NCBI RefSeq assembly: GCF_006345805.1
Contig: NC_042998.1
Span: 63,302,001-63,366,000 of the forward strand
Length of the DNA stretch: 64,000 bases
From: Octopus sinensis
Taxonomy: Eukaryota
Reading direction: 5' to 3'
In this document: positions 25,811 to 40,444 of the stretch, piece after piece
How positions within the stretch are numbered: position 1 is the first letter of the stretch
How the letters are laid out: each line of letters begins with the position of its first letter
Notes under the pieces: generated by a model
Seen by the model: the letters and a program-made list of their open reading frames with translations, nothing else
Database searches by the model: none
Told to the model about the DNA's origin: nothing
Made by a program: the position numbers and the translations under genes

Positions 25811-26724
25811 TAATTATGCAATTTATCTATTTTAGTGTTCGAAGATATAGATTTTTAAAAAAATACAGAAAGTGTATATATTATGGTAGTCGCACATAAC
25901 TGGCAATACCAACCAGCGCTCTTATATGACATTACCATTGCAAAAATATCCTATTTTGGCGTGGAGTTGGAATTTTCTTGGTCTTTACCATACCAAATAT
26001 ACTTTGAAAGTCATGTATATTGCATTCATTTCAGGACCTAAATAATTGTTTGAATCTAACCTTAAATATGCTTTCGGTCAACCCGCTATAACATACTTTC
26101 TGTATGAGCAACCAATTATGTTCTGTATAATTATCTAATCTTTTAAATGTTTTTCATTCCTAATACACATACACACACACGCACACACACAAACCCACAA
26201 ACACACTCCACTCCCTCGCCTAAGTATGTCTTTTATTATTAAATCTATTTTCTATATCTGTCTGTATTTCTTTGAATATTTATTGCGTGTTTAAACATAC
26301 AGTTGTCAGATTCTATGTGTGTATGCACGCGCATGCCTATGAGCACGTGATTATATGTTTGTGTTATCAGGTTTCCAGTTTTCATTTTAACAATATATTT
26401 TCAACCTTATCACGATGTTTGCCGCCTATTCTACTGAAATGTCTGCTACAGATTTTCGGTGGTGTTAAAAAAAAAACTGTGTTCTGCAGTTACCTGTTGA
26501 TCAACACTGTGTATCTGACTTTTTTTTTTTTGCATTCAATATAATTTAAATTGATTGATGCTTACAGAAAGCATCGCCCTATTTATTTTATTATGAATAT
26601 CAATTTTTCTATAATATTTGCTCCTCAGAATTATTTTTTGTATTTTTGGTGCAAAAAATATTGATAGCTCTGCTTACATTTATACTTGCTGGTAATCGTT
26701 GTTTTTAGATATTTCTTTAAGTTA

Positions 26725-26960
<236 letters not shown>

Positions 26961-27533
26961 GAAAGAGAAAGACGTGAGAGAGAAAAAGGTGCAGTGAGGG
27001 ATGGAGGATGAGCTAGAGAAGAGAAAGAGTGGGGAGAGAGATTTTTCAATATAAACACTCTGTCTATGATATTTTATCATTTGATCACGAAAGCACAATG
27101 CCTGGCGTGAAACGAAGAGACAAATATACAACCGCACTTACAGTCACCGACTCTTGCATATACACACACTCAGACACACTCTTGCACACACTCATACATA
27201 CTGGCTGAGTGATAAGCAAACTCACTCAACAAACAAAAAAATCACATTCATCCATAGGCAAATACACACACAAAAAAACACATGCACATATACACATACG
27301 CACTTACACACGCACACATGTATATGTGCTAAGAGACACGGTATGAACAACTGTCTGCATCACTTTGTATATGATTTTATGCTAAAACATCTAAAGGAGT
27401 ATATATTTTTTATATGTACTTCTAAAGCACATTTATGCTCATACTCTTGACACATACACTCACAATACACACGTATGTGAGTGTGAGTTTGTGAATATAT
27501 ATAGTAATATATATATAGTATGTGCGTATACGC

Positions 27534-27599
<66 letters not shown>

Positions 27600-27635
27600 G
27601 TATATATATATACATACACATATATATATGTGCAC

Positions 27636-27692
<57 letters not shown>

Positions 27693-28177
27693 ATATATAT
27701 ATATGTACCTTCTACGTACGCAAATGCTAATATGTATAGATGTTTTATTTATGTTCAACTTCAGACGCGCACACACACAGACACACACATACATAGACAC
27801 ATAGACACACACACACATACATATTTCACTGTGTACTTACCCGTATTAATAACAGACTATGTTCATGTGTACTTATTTGAAGAATAAACATTAAAAAAAA
27901 ACAGTTAAAAATTTCAGAGAAAAAATATATATGTAATAACAGCTAACAGTTTTAAAACTTCACAGTATAAACATAAAATGAAAGAAGTATAACATATGCA
28001 AAACAAGTGAAAATATTATTGAAGAAGTAAAAGAGAGTGTGATGCACTCATCATTTGTTTCGAAAGCTTCAGGCTATATTCAACAGAGACGGGTTAGCTT
28101 ACGTCATTTATTTGTGTGCTGACATATCTTGCTGTTATTTGTTTTTCCTCTTCTCATTATCATCATCATCATCATCA

Positions 28178-28235
<58 letters not shown>

Positions 28236-28419
28236 CAACATTGTCTTCTCTATTACTTTAGCATTTTTAGCGCCTCTGTCATCATTCCGAATTCAAAGTA
28301 ACTTTAACAATATACTATCATCACACTCATGATATTCATCACCTAGAATTGCTGTTACTAATGATGATTGTTTCAAAATTTTAGCGACCCCCCACAAGTT
28401 TTTTGAGGATATGAGTGAG

Positions 28420-28690
28420 TCAATTACGTCGACCGCAGTACTTGTCGGATACTTTGTTTGATCCACTCGAAAGGATAAAAGGCAAAAATCGACGTCGGTA
28501 GAAATTAAATGGCCAGCCCAAATGTTGTAAAGCAGGTTCTCCCCGAACTACTGAGAGTATTCCGTCGAGACCGACTTCGCCGTTCATTCTTTTGGTGTCA
28601 ATAAAATAAGTACCAGTTAACCACTGAGGTCGACGTATTCGTCATAAATTCCGCCTCACAAGCTTTGTACCAAAATTTGAAACCAATAAT
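28420..28690. mobile_element. Two decayed S2-like SINE core fragments in opposite orientations
   Basis: GAAAGGATAAAAGGC..CGACGTCGG (minus) and CAATAAAATAAGTACCAG (plus). Confidence 0.55.
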
Positions 28691-29961
28691 TAAATGATAT
28701 TCAAAGACAAAAATACACATAAATGCGCAAAATCTCATCTCTCGCTATTTTTCTACCCAGTATCCATATAAAAGTTTTCACTATAACAGGGGCAGTACCG
28801 CCCATCATAAGAGGCTCTTCGAAGAAAACGCTGCTCTAAGAAAACAAAAAGAAATACCGGTTGAGCTATTCCTTCACTCTATTATGGGCAAAAAATGCAG
28901 CACATCTGCCTTCCGTCTGGTACACTTACAGTCAGAATAAATCTAGGTTAATAAACTGTTTTGGCGACAAAACTTAAAGTAGTCACACAATAATTCAGTA
29001 CAATCTCTAATTAATTTTCTTTTGTATGATTGATGTCTCGCGATTCATGATGCTTATATCATATGCCATCTCAAAGCCAACCTAACTCCGGCAGAATTTG
29101 CTATATGAAGAAAGACTGATAAACATTTCACCTGGCGTATCGCAATTCTACCATATCGCTGCCTTCACATATATGAAATAATGTGTTTCAAAACAATAAA
29201 CTTAAAAGATAAAAGATACTGTAGGTTTTGTAGTACAATAATCGACTGCAGACAGAATTGTAACCATTGTATAACCTGCAATATTTCACTTTGTACAAAC
29301 TCACTGACATAGTCTTATGAATGAGAAGTTCCTTAACCAAATTTCTTTTGTATTTTATTTGTGTCTGTGGCGTATGGGTCCTTTTTTATAGACATATCAT
29401 CGGATCAATGAAGTTAAACAAATTGGTTAATCGCGTCTATTTGAATCGTCTCCACCACAATGGCTGTGTAATCAGTGCTTTAATGAAAGGTATATTTGTG
29501 TCTAGTAAATGTTTATCAAACAATATACCTATTTTTATAAACCCCAGAATGATTAAAAAGTAAAATTAACTTTTGGATTTGAGCTAAATATTGGCAAATC
29601 CTGACAATTTTTGATTATTCACTATTTTTGTTATTCACTGCCTTCTGACGAACTAAATATTGAATAAAACTAGCCACATGTTTATGTTAAAATTCGCAGT
29701 ATAAGTCCAAATGTCTGCAGTAGATTGCTGTTATGGAAAGGCATTATATTTTGTGAATCTGTTATGTTGTTTTGAATTAGATCAAAGGGCAGCTGACTTG
29801 CTATATGTAACAAGAAATATCCTTCAAAATCAAACTCAATTGAAAACTTAACAGTTACGTAGCACGATTTGGTCCCAAATATATAAATGGAGTGGAACGG
29901 TCGTGAGTATTGATTTGCTGCACCAGAGCTGAATGTGGGCTAAACGTCACCATCTCCTTCT

Positions 29962-30350
<389 letters not shown>

Positions 30351-30942
30351 TCTATTTTTTATGTGCTTATTCAATTCTATTATTTTTTCTAATTACATGC
30401 ACATACACATATACACACACACACGCACGTACATGTGTACGTATGTGTGTTTGTATGCGTGTATAAGCACGTGCTTCTGGTAATTGTTTTCAATTAATTC
30501 AATATTGATGATACGATAATAGCAATAGTAACACTGCTGGGGATGATATGAAAATAATTATTTGTTAACGCCATCTTGATATTTGTATGTTATGCATATT
30601 TGAATAACACATTACTTAATTGATTGGCCTCATAGACAACAACTTCAATACATTTTTGCTCAGACGTTAGGAATATGCGGGAATTTTTCAGTTTCAATTA
30701 CATTTATTTCACTTTTGCAATAAAACACAACAATCCAATGAAACGTAAAGCGGTTATTTGGTGACTTCTTTAGAGTTGTGAATAAAACGCTTTGCCATAT
30801 TAGTTCCAAATCGTGAGACTCAAATTTGAACTCCCTACAATCTCACCTTAGTTGTTAACCCTTTCAAGGTCGATGAAAATGTTGAGATTGATAATCCGTG
30901 GCAGTAATTGACATATATTTGATTAATATGGAAAAAAATGTA

Positions 30943-31217
30943 AAAGGGGTACAGTCACCTTGCCGTGAGGAGTGGAATATCCAACGTTTCGGAATAAACC
31001 TTCGTCAGGAGGCAGAGAAAAAGAGATGAAAAGGAGAAAAAGTCAAACGTGTTATTCTGCATCCATTATCCGTTGCAGCCAGTTTTTTCAAGCTGAGAGT
31101 ATGTATACTCTGTGTGAATTTTTTCTCCTTTTCTTCTCTACCCCCCCCCCCCCGAAGAAGCATTGAATCCGAAACGTTGGATATTCCATACTCACGGTAA
31201 GTTCACTGTACTCCTTT
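30943..31217. mobile_element. Miniature element with about 65-bp inverted termini, each holding a minimal hammerhead motif
   Basis: 30943-31010 is approximately the reverse complement of 31150-31217; CTGACGA-A-GG..CC-GAAACGTT on minus, CCGAAGA..GAAACGTT on plus. Confidence 0.65.
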
Positions 31218-31337
31218 CACGTTTTACTATATTTTTTCTAGCCTTACCAGAGCTATCAGATTATTGTCTGGTTATTATTGGATTCATATATGCATTTGAA
31301 ACGAAGTCAAATTATAATATATATATATATTTTATAA

Positions 31338-31977
31338 TCTTTTCAACTCTAGGCACAAGGGCCAACATTTTTTGGGGAAGGAGGCAGTCGATTAGGTTGC
31401 CCCTGTAGGCAACTGGTACTTAATTTATCGACCCCGGAAGGATGAAAGGCAAGAGTCGACCTCGGCGGAATTTGAGCTCAGAACGTAGCGACAGACGAAA
31501 TACGGCTAAGCATTTCGCCCGGCTTGCTAAAGTTTCTGCCAGCTCGCCGCCTTAAGAATTCTTTTCTAGTCTAGGCACACGGCCCAAAATTTTGAGGAAA
31601 GGAGGCAGTCGAATTTGGGGGAGGGGATAGTCGATTAGATAGACTTTAGTACGCAACTGGTACTTAATTTATCGACCCCGAAAAGATGAAACAGAGTAGA
31701 CCTCGCGGATTTTGAGCTCAGAGCATAAAGACAGACGAAATACCTATTTCTTTACTACCCACAAGTGGCTAAACACAGAGAGGACGAACAATGACCGACA
31801 AACGAATTAAGTCGATTATATCGATCCCAGTGCGTAACTGGTACTTATTTAATCGACCCCGAAAGGATGAAAGGCAAAGTTGACCTCGGTGGAATTTGAA
31901 CTCAGAACGTAGCGGCAGACGGAATAGAGCTAAGCATTTCGCCCGGCCTGCTAGCGTTTCTGCCAGCTCGCCGCCTT
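31338..31977 (-). mobile_element. S2 SINE cluster: monomer (31338-31553) plus two-core form (31558-31977)
   Basis: Head AAGGCGGCGAGCTGGCAGAAAC, GAGTTCAAATTC B box, core TTTCATCCTTTCGGGGTCGATAAATTAAGTACCAG (resembles the MetaSINE core, tentative). Confidence 0.88.
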
Positions 31978-33108
31978 CATAATATTTTTTTATAATGTAT
32001 ATACAAACATACAAGCTCCTACCTGTAATGTATTGTCTCCAAGAAATTTCTCAAAAGTATTGTACGTAAGAAACAAAGAGCTTGCCCAGATCATTGCCAA
32101 ATGAAACGTTTCGATATCATTCGGTCTCAACAGAGATGAACACACCTGCACAAGTCGAAAAAAGTATTTATAAGAAGTTTAGAAAAACGCAAACCACAAA
32201 TTACGAACATATCTACAAACTTATTTTCTGTCATGAAAAAGTTATGCTTTAAGTTTTTATCCTCAAAAGCAATAAATAATAAGAATATGTTAAGATGTTT
32301 AGTATACTCATAATAAAATGTCATTTTACTAATATATGTTGAAAGACTGCTAAAAAAAATACCAAAGACTGTCTGACAGGGGAATTAAAGTACAGACAAG
32401 TAAAACAGTTACTTCTCATTCACGTACACATGTACCTGGAGAGTTAATGTTGTTAGAAACGTTAGAACTTCTAATAAAACATTTGACACTAATTACTAAC
32501 GACTCTGTGGTCGTTAAAATCGGAATTTGTTTACTTACCAGAATTCATTTACCTTTAATTAAATACTAAATTTTAAAAATTAAAAAAAATGCACTTAGTT
32601 CATTTCAATAAGTTCTCACGAAATACTGACTGAGATTGTAAGGATAATTGCATGTCACTTTCAAAGAAATATTTCAAAATTACTTTAGAATTATTTCGCT
32701 TTTATTAATATTAATTCTGAAGTGACACGAGTAGATTAACGTGTTGATTTTATGCATACTAACATGTCATCTTATTAATATATGTTGAAAGAGTTATTTC
32801 GCTTTTTAACATATGTCTACGTTTGTCTGAACAATATTGGTATTTAATTATATTTCTTCCTCTAGAACTTTGAAATAGTTGCGAAGTTCTTAGATGTTTG
32901 ATTACGTCTCCAGATATGTTATGAATGTATTGTATGTACAAAGGTGAGATTGTAAGTATGATATCCTATTAAAACCATTTTTCTTATATACAATCGGATA
33001 TTATAGCGTAACACGGACAGTATTCGATACTTCGTTGCTATACGTCTGATAAACTAAAAAAAAAAAGATGCTGATTAGAGACAGTGTTGCTGAAATATTA
33101 ATCATTCA

Positions 33109-33464
33109 AAGGTGGCGAGCTGGCAGAAACGTTAGCACGCCGGGCGAAATGCTTAGCAGTATTTCTTCTGCCGTTACATTCAACCTTGCCTTTCGGGATC
33201 GATAAATTAAGTACCAGTTACGCACTGGAGGTCAATGTAATCAACTTAATCTCTTTGTCTGTCCTTATTTTTCCTCTCTGTGTTTAGCCCCTTGTGAAAT
33301 AGGTATTTCGTCTGTCTTTAGGTTCTGAGTTCAAATGCCGCCGAGGTCGACTTTGCCTTTCATCCTTTCGGGGTCGATAAATTAAGTACCACTTGTGTAC
33401 TGGGGTCGATCTAATCGACAGGCCCCCACCCCGAAAATTTAGGGCTTTGTACCTAGAGTAGAAA
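33109..33464 (+). mobile_element. S2 SINE, two-core form
   Basis: Same head-core-tail1-core-tail2 layout as 31558-31977, in opposite orientation. Confidence 0.88.
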
Positions 33465-33543
33465 TGCATATTAACCATTCAATTCGTGATTAACACGTTC
33501 ACTGTAAATGTTGTACATAAAAACACAGTCAGAGACAGACGCA

Positions 33544-33575
<32 letters not shown>

Positions 33576-33582
33576 ACACACA

Positions 33583-33627
<45 letters not shown>

Positions 33628-33689
33628 CTATATGTATGCACACTCGTACAACTTCACGCACATACACTCACACACATGTACCACTTTTC

Positions 33690-34492
33690 ACGAGTAATGT
33701 CCCATGATTTGTCATAACCTTTTGCATCTTTCTTATTCGCTTCCGGGGCTCATTCTTATTATATATAATTATCCTGGCTTCACATTAATTACTGGTACTT
33801 CCCATGTAATTGTTGTTAGTACCAAGTTTCTTATATTTAACTTGTCTTTAAACACTATGTTAAACATTTTCTGATTCTTTTTTCCAAATACTTCCTTCAT
33901 TTGAATCCCTTCGCTCTGCCTATCATCTAATCTTTATAAATATACGGATTCATTCTCCTCAATATCTTTCATTACTTCACCTCCAGGTAACAAAATCACA
34001 TCTGATGACATCAACTTCGTTCTTATTGCTACTACACCACGTCTCTGTATTCCGAAATCCAGTCCTATGTGTTTATTAAACAAACTGTTTTGAACTCTTT
34101 CCGTCCACATTCCGTTGTATTCCAGTTTAGTAATCTACACCATTATGTACTAACCATCATTTTATCAACGCTTATATCATTTTCCTTACTAACGGCATGT
34201 GTTTCAATCTTCAATTTTAGCAACTTATCTTTCAAATACTGTTCTCTTTCTTGTCTCTAAATATCTTCCCAGAATCTCCCTTTGCCCTCTGCCTCGGGAA
34301 TCACCAAAATATATCTGAGACCTCCATTTACTTCTGGAATATTATTTCTCTGGTTTCTACGAAGGTTACTATTTTGACTGTACTAATATTTTCATTGTTC
34401 ATACTATTTCATCTTAATCTTTCCCATAGAGTGTCTTAATTCCTCTACAACCATACTTAATACCTTATATCCTGTTCTCCCTGTTTAGTTCA

Positions 34493-34528
<36 letters not shown>

Positions 34529-36590
34529 TCTGCGATGACATCTCTCACGCCGGACTTCTTTCTGATGATGTTGCTATTTATGTGCTCTCTCAACGAGATA
34601 CCAAGCATTGACCTTTCCATGGCTCTTTGAGCCGTTATCAGTCTTTGCTCTTCTCTCTTTGTGGTAGCCCATGTTTCACTACCATATAACATTGCAGGCA
34701 GAACTGCACTGTTAATGAGGTTGGCGCGGGTGGTCCTGTCCAACCTTTCCTTGAGCACATCCCGTATGCCATTGAACGCCTTCCATCCGGCCCTTACTCT
34801 CCGTAAGATCTCCTTTTTGATATCCCGGCACATATTTACTTCCTGTCCCAGTTAGACATATTCTCTGACCCCATCTATTTCATCACTGCCGATCACCATT
34901 CGACCTGTTGGTACGTTGTCTGACCGCATGAACTTTGTTTCCATGTGGTTCATCTGGAGACCTACTGCAGATCTTTTGATGTCGAGCTCCGTCACCATGG
35001 TCTGAAGCTGATCCATGTTTTCAGCGATGAGTACGATGTCGTCAGTGAAACGGAGGTGAGTGAGGAGCTCGCCATTGATGTTGACACCACCTTGCCATTC
35101 GATGCCTCTGATGATCTGTTCGAGACATGCAGTGAAAAGTTTTGGGGAGATTGTATCTCCTTGCTTCACTCCCTTCTCGACCGGCATTCATATGGGTGAT
35201 GACAGTAGAGCTATGTCGGTGGTGCATCCGGAATTTGCCTCTCTGAGCAGCTGCACATATTGCTCTTCGATTCCTTGCCTCTGCAGCGAGTTCAGCACTG
35301 CGTTGGTTTCGACGCTATCGAAGGCCTTCTCATAATCTATAAACGCAACGCAAAGAGGCAGCTTGTACTCATTTGCCCGCTCAAGCAGTTGCGTTAGAGT
35401 AAATATATGGTCCATTGTGCTGTAGTTCTTCCAGAAGCCTGCTTGCTCCCTCGGTTGTTGTTCGTCGAGACGACGTGACAACCTGTTCAGAATTATCTTC
35501 GTGAACAGCTTGTACACGTGAGACAGCAGGCATATGGGTCGGTAGTTCTTTAGATCTTCTCTGTCGCCCTTCTTATACAGCAGGATTGTATTTGACTATT
35601 TCCACTGCGAGGGAATTCTTCCCTCGTCTAGATGTCATCGCAGAGTATACTCGCAGGAAGTATAGATGGGCTGGACACGTCGCCCGGCTCACCGATAATC
35701 GGTGGACGCACGCAGTTGTCGAGTGGTACCCGCGTGAGCGGAAAAGACCACCCGGAAGACCTCCACGACGGTGGAGTGACGATTTCAAGAGGACGATTGG
35801 GATCACGTGGATGAGAAAGGCGCGTTCCAGAGAGGAGTGGACAGCGTGCTGTAACCAGCGGTGTCGAATGGACGCCTGACGGACTGGTCGGTCAAAGTGA
35901 TATATATATATCCCTATATTTTTCTATCACTATTTCCTTTTACTCTAAAATATTATTAACGTCCCTTCTCAACATCACCATATGTCCAAATATTCTTCTT
36001 TACCGTAAATGTTGAATGTATTTACTGGTTTACTTTTATCATGCAAGCTTACATCATTTGCAGCATATGTACTTGTTGCTCTTAAAATGGTTTCTGTTAT
36101 ATCATTGTTAGTGATAAAATGACTGATAACTCAACGAATCGTCTCCCTAATCTCATTTAATCTACCTCTTTCAACGTTTATCAAAGATATATACCAACCA
36201 AAGTCATTGTTTTTCGCAATTTCAACAATAGCCATCATTGTAATTTAATTATCTTTATTTAATTCCTTATCACTGTTCATAAGTACATCTATTTCTCTCC
36301 TCTCATAATTCCCTTTCATCTATAGTAGCAATCTATACACGTTTAGCTTCTCTCCTTTGTTTCCCATTGCATTTGTCACTCGTCTGCTTTATATCTGAAG
36401 CCAACCTTCACCATATTTCCGTAAGCTCTAATTCAGACAACAGTTACTTCTCATTAATTACTCTATCTCTTATATCAAAAGCATCACTACCACTCCATAT
36501 TTAGTACATTCTGTTCCTGTGTCTTCTTTGTAGAACTCAAATTCGATTTGTGTTACATCAATAGTGACATCTCATAATTGCCAAATTCAT
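33690..36590 (-). mobile_element. Old, internally deleted R4-type LINE (family G) hosting the RTE insertion
   Basis: Remnants LLSELELTEI, GRFWEDI, a D.LKL-like motif, GLDFGI..LPGGEVMKDIEE and KVMT.HG in colinear order. Confidence 0.5.
34524..35900. mobile_element. RTE-clade LINE with 5' inversion (34524-35633 minus, 35630-35900 plus)
   Basis: Minus strand: NYRPICLL, REQAGF, DYEKAFDSV, GVKQGDTISPKLF, LRFTDD, YGSETW..DVIAEY. Plus strand: DVIAEYTRRKYRWAGHVAR..GRPPRRW. (TA)n on both flanks. Confidence 0.92.
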
Positions 36591-36599
36591 ATCCCTTTT

Positions 36600-37450
36600 A
36601 TAACTATGTCAACATCTAACACGACTGAATGTCAAGTCTTCAATTTCCCTTTCTTTCTCGAAAATGTCTTTGGCACATTTATCAAGTCCGAACTCCATCC
36701 CGATGTCATTCCTGAATGATTTCACAGTACGTAATAGCCTGTCAAGTTTATCCTTGTCTTTGCCATAAGGCAACTATATAAAACATATGGCGCATTTTCT
36801 GGTTGTGAATTTTATAACCACACACTATACTGATAAATTAACTTGTAAGCGTTATTAGAGCTATGCAAAAATTAGTAGTGAAAGTGAGTCATCTTAGAAA
36901 ATACCAAAGTTGATGTTAAAATTGTTGTAAATCAATAATTCATTAGAGTGATTTAATTGGAGATCCGTATTGCTCACTGACATGTCATGCTTCAGGAAGT
37001 TTGAAATTACACGAGAAATTCCGATGATGCCCATTATGCGGTCAAAGGCGTTCTTATAATCAATCAATTCAGAACTTAAATATGTGCGCTTGTTATGACA
37101 ATTCTCAAGGATCATGCGATTGATTAAGAGTTGATCTTTGCACCCATATGAGTCTCGTCGGCATCCTTTTTGTTCAGCGACGGAAAATCGTTCTGTTCCA
37201 TAAATACACATTTTCTCCACGAGGAAGGATGTCAAAACTTTATAAGTGGTGCTCCGAGAGTTCTTTTGGTCTTTGATTTGGTTATTCTTTCGGAAAAGCT
37301 AAGTTATACCATTTGCTAACCAGCCATATGTTTTCTTATGGATCCCTCAACGCTGTGCAATGGAACAAGACAGATTATCAAGCAACTATATCCACGTCTT
37401 TTGGAAGAAACAATTCTCATTGGACAAGGAAAGGAATAAAATGGTTTTAT
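36600..37450 (-). pseudogene. Decayed RT fragment related to RLE LINE family A
   Basis: EQKGCRRDSYGCKDQLLINRMILENCHNKR; DNA similarity to 18800-19600. Confidence 0.75.
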
Positions 37451-37999
37451 TTCAAGAATTCCACTCATCCCAGCAGATATGCATTTTGGATTCAAGAGAC
37501 TTCAATTTCCAGTGAGAGTTAGTTTGTAATATCAATTGATCAATGATATCACAAAATTGTTGGAATTTACCTCATGCAAATGTACTTTTGCCGTGGTCAG
37601 GTTGATTGTTCCAGGGTTGGAAATGGCAACAATCTTTTCATACATATCAAGTCGTAAAACCAAGAATATTGTTTAACCTGGTGCTTTACAGTGATCTCCA
37701 AATGTCACTTTAATACAACATTCTCCAAATTTTATATCTGTGATATCAACCTGAGTTGGTAGGATACCAATAAATGCATTATAGTCACTATTACACTTAT
37801 TCTTGGGCCACATGCTGAATTAGCCCTCGGAAGGAGTCAATCCCAAAGTCTGCAAGTAGTGCGGCCTTTAAGCTAATACATACATACATGGTGATTGGTG
37901 GTTGTCTACTCCTTATACTTTGTTTGACCACCTTCTGTACCTACTCTTTAGCATCATTATGGCATCTAATGTGGTATACATATTTACATACATACATGC

Positions 38000-38053
<54 letters not shown>

Positions 38054-38081
38054 ATGTATATATATATATATATAATATATA

Positions 38082-38113
<32 letters not shown>

Positions 38114-38307
38114 TTATACAAACATAGTTTGAATTTACAAAAAGAAAACAACGCAAAAGAGGAAGACGGGTGTGTAAACAACAAACAGATGTATTAGTTT
38201 CACGCTCGGAAAGTGAGAAAGTATTTTACCTTTCGAGCCTACACTCTTCAACAGAAAGCAACACAAAAATAAGCAGAGAGAGAAAATGAATATTTATATA
38301 CATATAT

Positions 38308-38353
<46 letters not shown>

Positions 38354-38398
38354 GTATGTATGTATGTGGTTGTATGTATGTATATATGTATATATATG

Positions 38399-38432
<34 letters not shown>

Positions 38433-38452
38433 ATATATAATATATATATTAT

Positions 38453-38502
<50 letters not shown>

Positions 38503-39713
38503 ATATATATATATATATATATATGCATGCGTATATTCACAGACGCAAACACGTATATAAGAGAGAGAGAGAGGCGGGTATTTATTTACGATCGAATATG
38601 ATATTTACAAAAGATTTGTTTACGCCGCAGTACAATTCGAAATTATTATAGTAATTTGAAATTTTTGAAAAAGAATATTTCCATTAAGCTGTGCAGTGAT
38701 CCGTGTTGATTAAATAATTTATAACCGAGAAAAACTAAACCAAAGTTGTTTACATCCTAGACATCCTCAGTGTCTGTACAACTGTAGACGGTCTTTCGTG
38801 TTTTTGCTTCTTTACCCTATATTTGTCAACTTTGTTCTCCATTATTTTAATATTTTCCGTACCAGTACCAGCATCTATACTGAAAACACCACGAGTTTCC
38901 TCTCAAGCCATTTATAGATGTGAACTTTGTCGTCTATTGCATCGTAACCATGGCCGTGAACACGATGATATTGATGATAATGTTGATGTTTTAATGCTAT
39001 TCTCGTTTGTTGCTACATCAGCAGAACTTTGAACGGTTTTGGAGTTTTTTCCTCTTCTTCCAAGAGAAGAATGCTTTCTTCGTAAGGATTGTACCTGGTG
39101 CTTATGTTTCTTTTGTTAATTTTCTTGTTGCCGTTGTAACTAATACTGCTGTTTGCCATAATATCAGTTGCTTAGTTATTCTGAATTTAAACTTCAGAAT
39201 CGTTCTGTTTCACGTTCTGGTTGAAGGCTAACTGTTGCTGCAACTATCATTTAGCACAAGTCCTCATCCCTCTCGATCTGCGTGTTTCTCTCTCGCTCTC
39301 TCCCTCTCACACGCCCTCTCTCTTTCTGTCTCTCTACATTTCATTGGCTGTAACAGCGAACACTAATATTGCTTGCTATTTTGAGGTAAAAAGATTTTAA
39401 ACAATTCTAAATTTTCACCCCATTTCGGACGAAAGGCCATATGATCCCAGTAAGCCATATCTGCTCTGATCTAAAACAAAATTACAACAATAAACAACTC
39501 TTAAACTCTTAAGAAAGTAACAAGCACTGCTACAAGCGTCCTTCTGATAACAGCAGTAACAATGATGGTGATGATGGTGGTGATGATGATACTGATGTCA
39601 CTGCTGCTGATGCTGCTAATGATGATGATGATGATGATGCCGATAATAATAATAATAAAATGATAATAATAATAATAATAATAATGATAATAATGATAAT
39701 GATAATAAATGTG

Positions 39714-39752
<39 letters not shown>

Positions 39753-39776
39753 TAATATAATAATAATAATAATAAT

Positions 39777-40315
39777 TCAAACTGACAGAAAGATAGATGC
39801 AAATAGGCCAGGCATCATATTGAAAGACTTCAGACAAAGAACATGCCTCCTCATTGATATGACTGTCCCAATCGATATAAACGTATCTGTCAAGACCTAC
39901 TAAAAACTGAGCAAATATAAAGATCTTGAAATAGAAATCAGCAACATATGCAATCTGAAGACTAAAACAATACCTGTTGTCATAGGTGCCCTGGGAATAA
40001 TAGCAACAGTGGCTGATTGCTACCTAACTCAGATACCAGGAAATCCTAAAATGGCAGAAATTCAAAAGATAGTGCTCATGGGAACTGCTCATATCCTACG
40101 CAAAATACTTTCTATGTAATCTCAGGTTTTAAAACAAACAATTTTCGTATGTTTTTTTTCTTTTTTTTAGACATTTACTAGCACAACACTAAATACAAAA
40201 CCAAATATATGGCACACTGGGCATAACAACAACACGAACTTCCAACCTGTTGTCTCTTGAGGTCTCTGGGTGAGACTTAGAGCCAACTTGTACAAATTTA
40301 AAGCAAAAGTCAAGC

Positions 40316-40318
<3 letters not shown>
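39777..40318 (+). mobile_element. RLE LINE family C, 3' fragment
   Basis: [46 protein letters not shown], then 3' UTR and (AAT)n. Confidence 0.88.
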
Positions 40319-40372
<54 letters not shown>

Positions 40373-40386
40373 TGATGATGATGATG

Positions 40387-40444
<58 letters not shown>

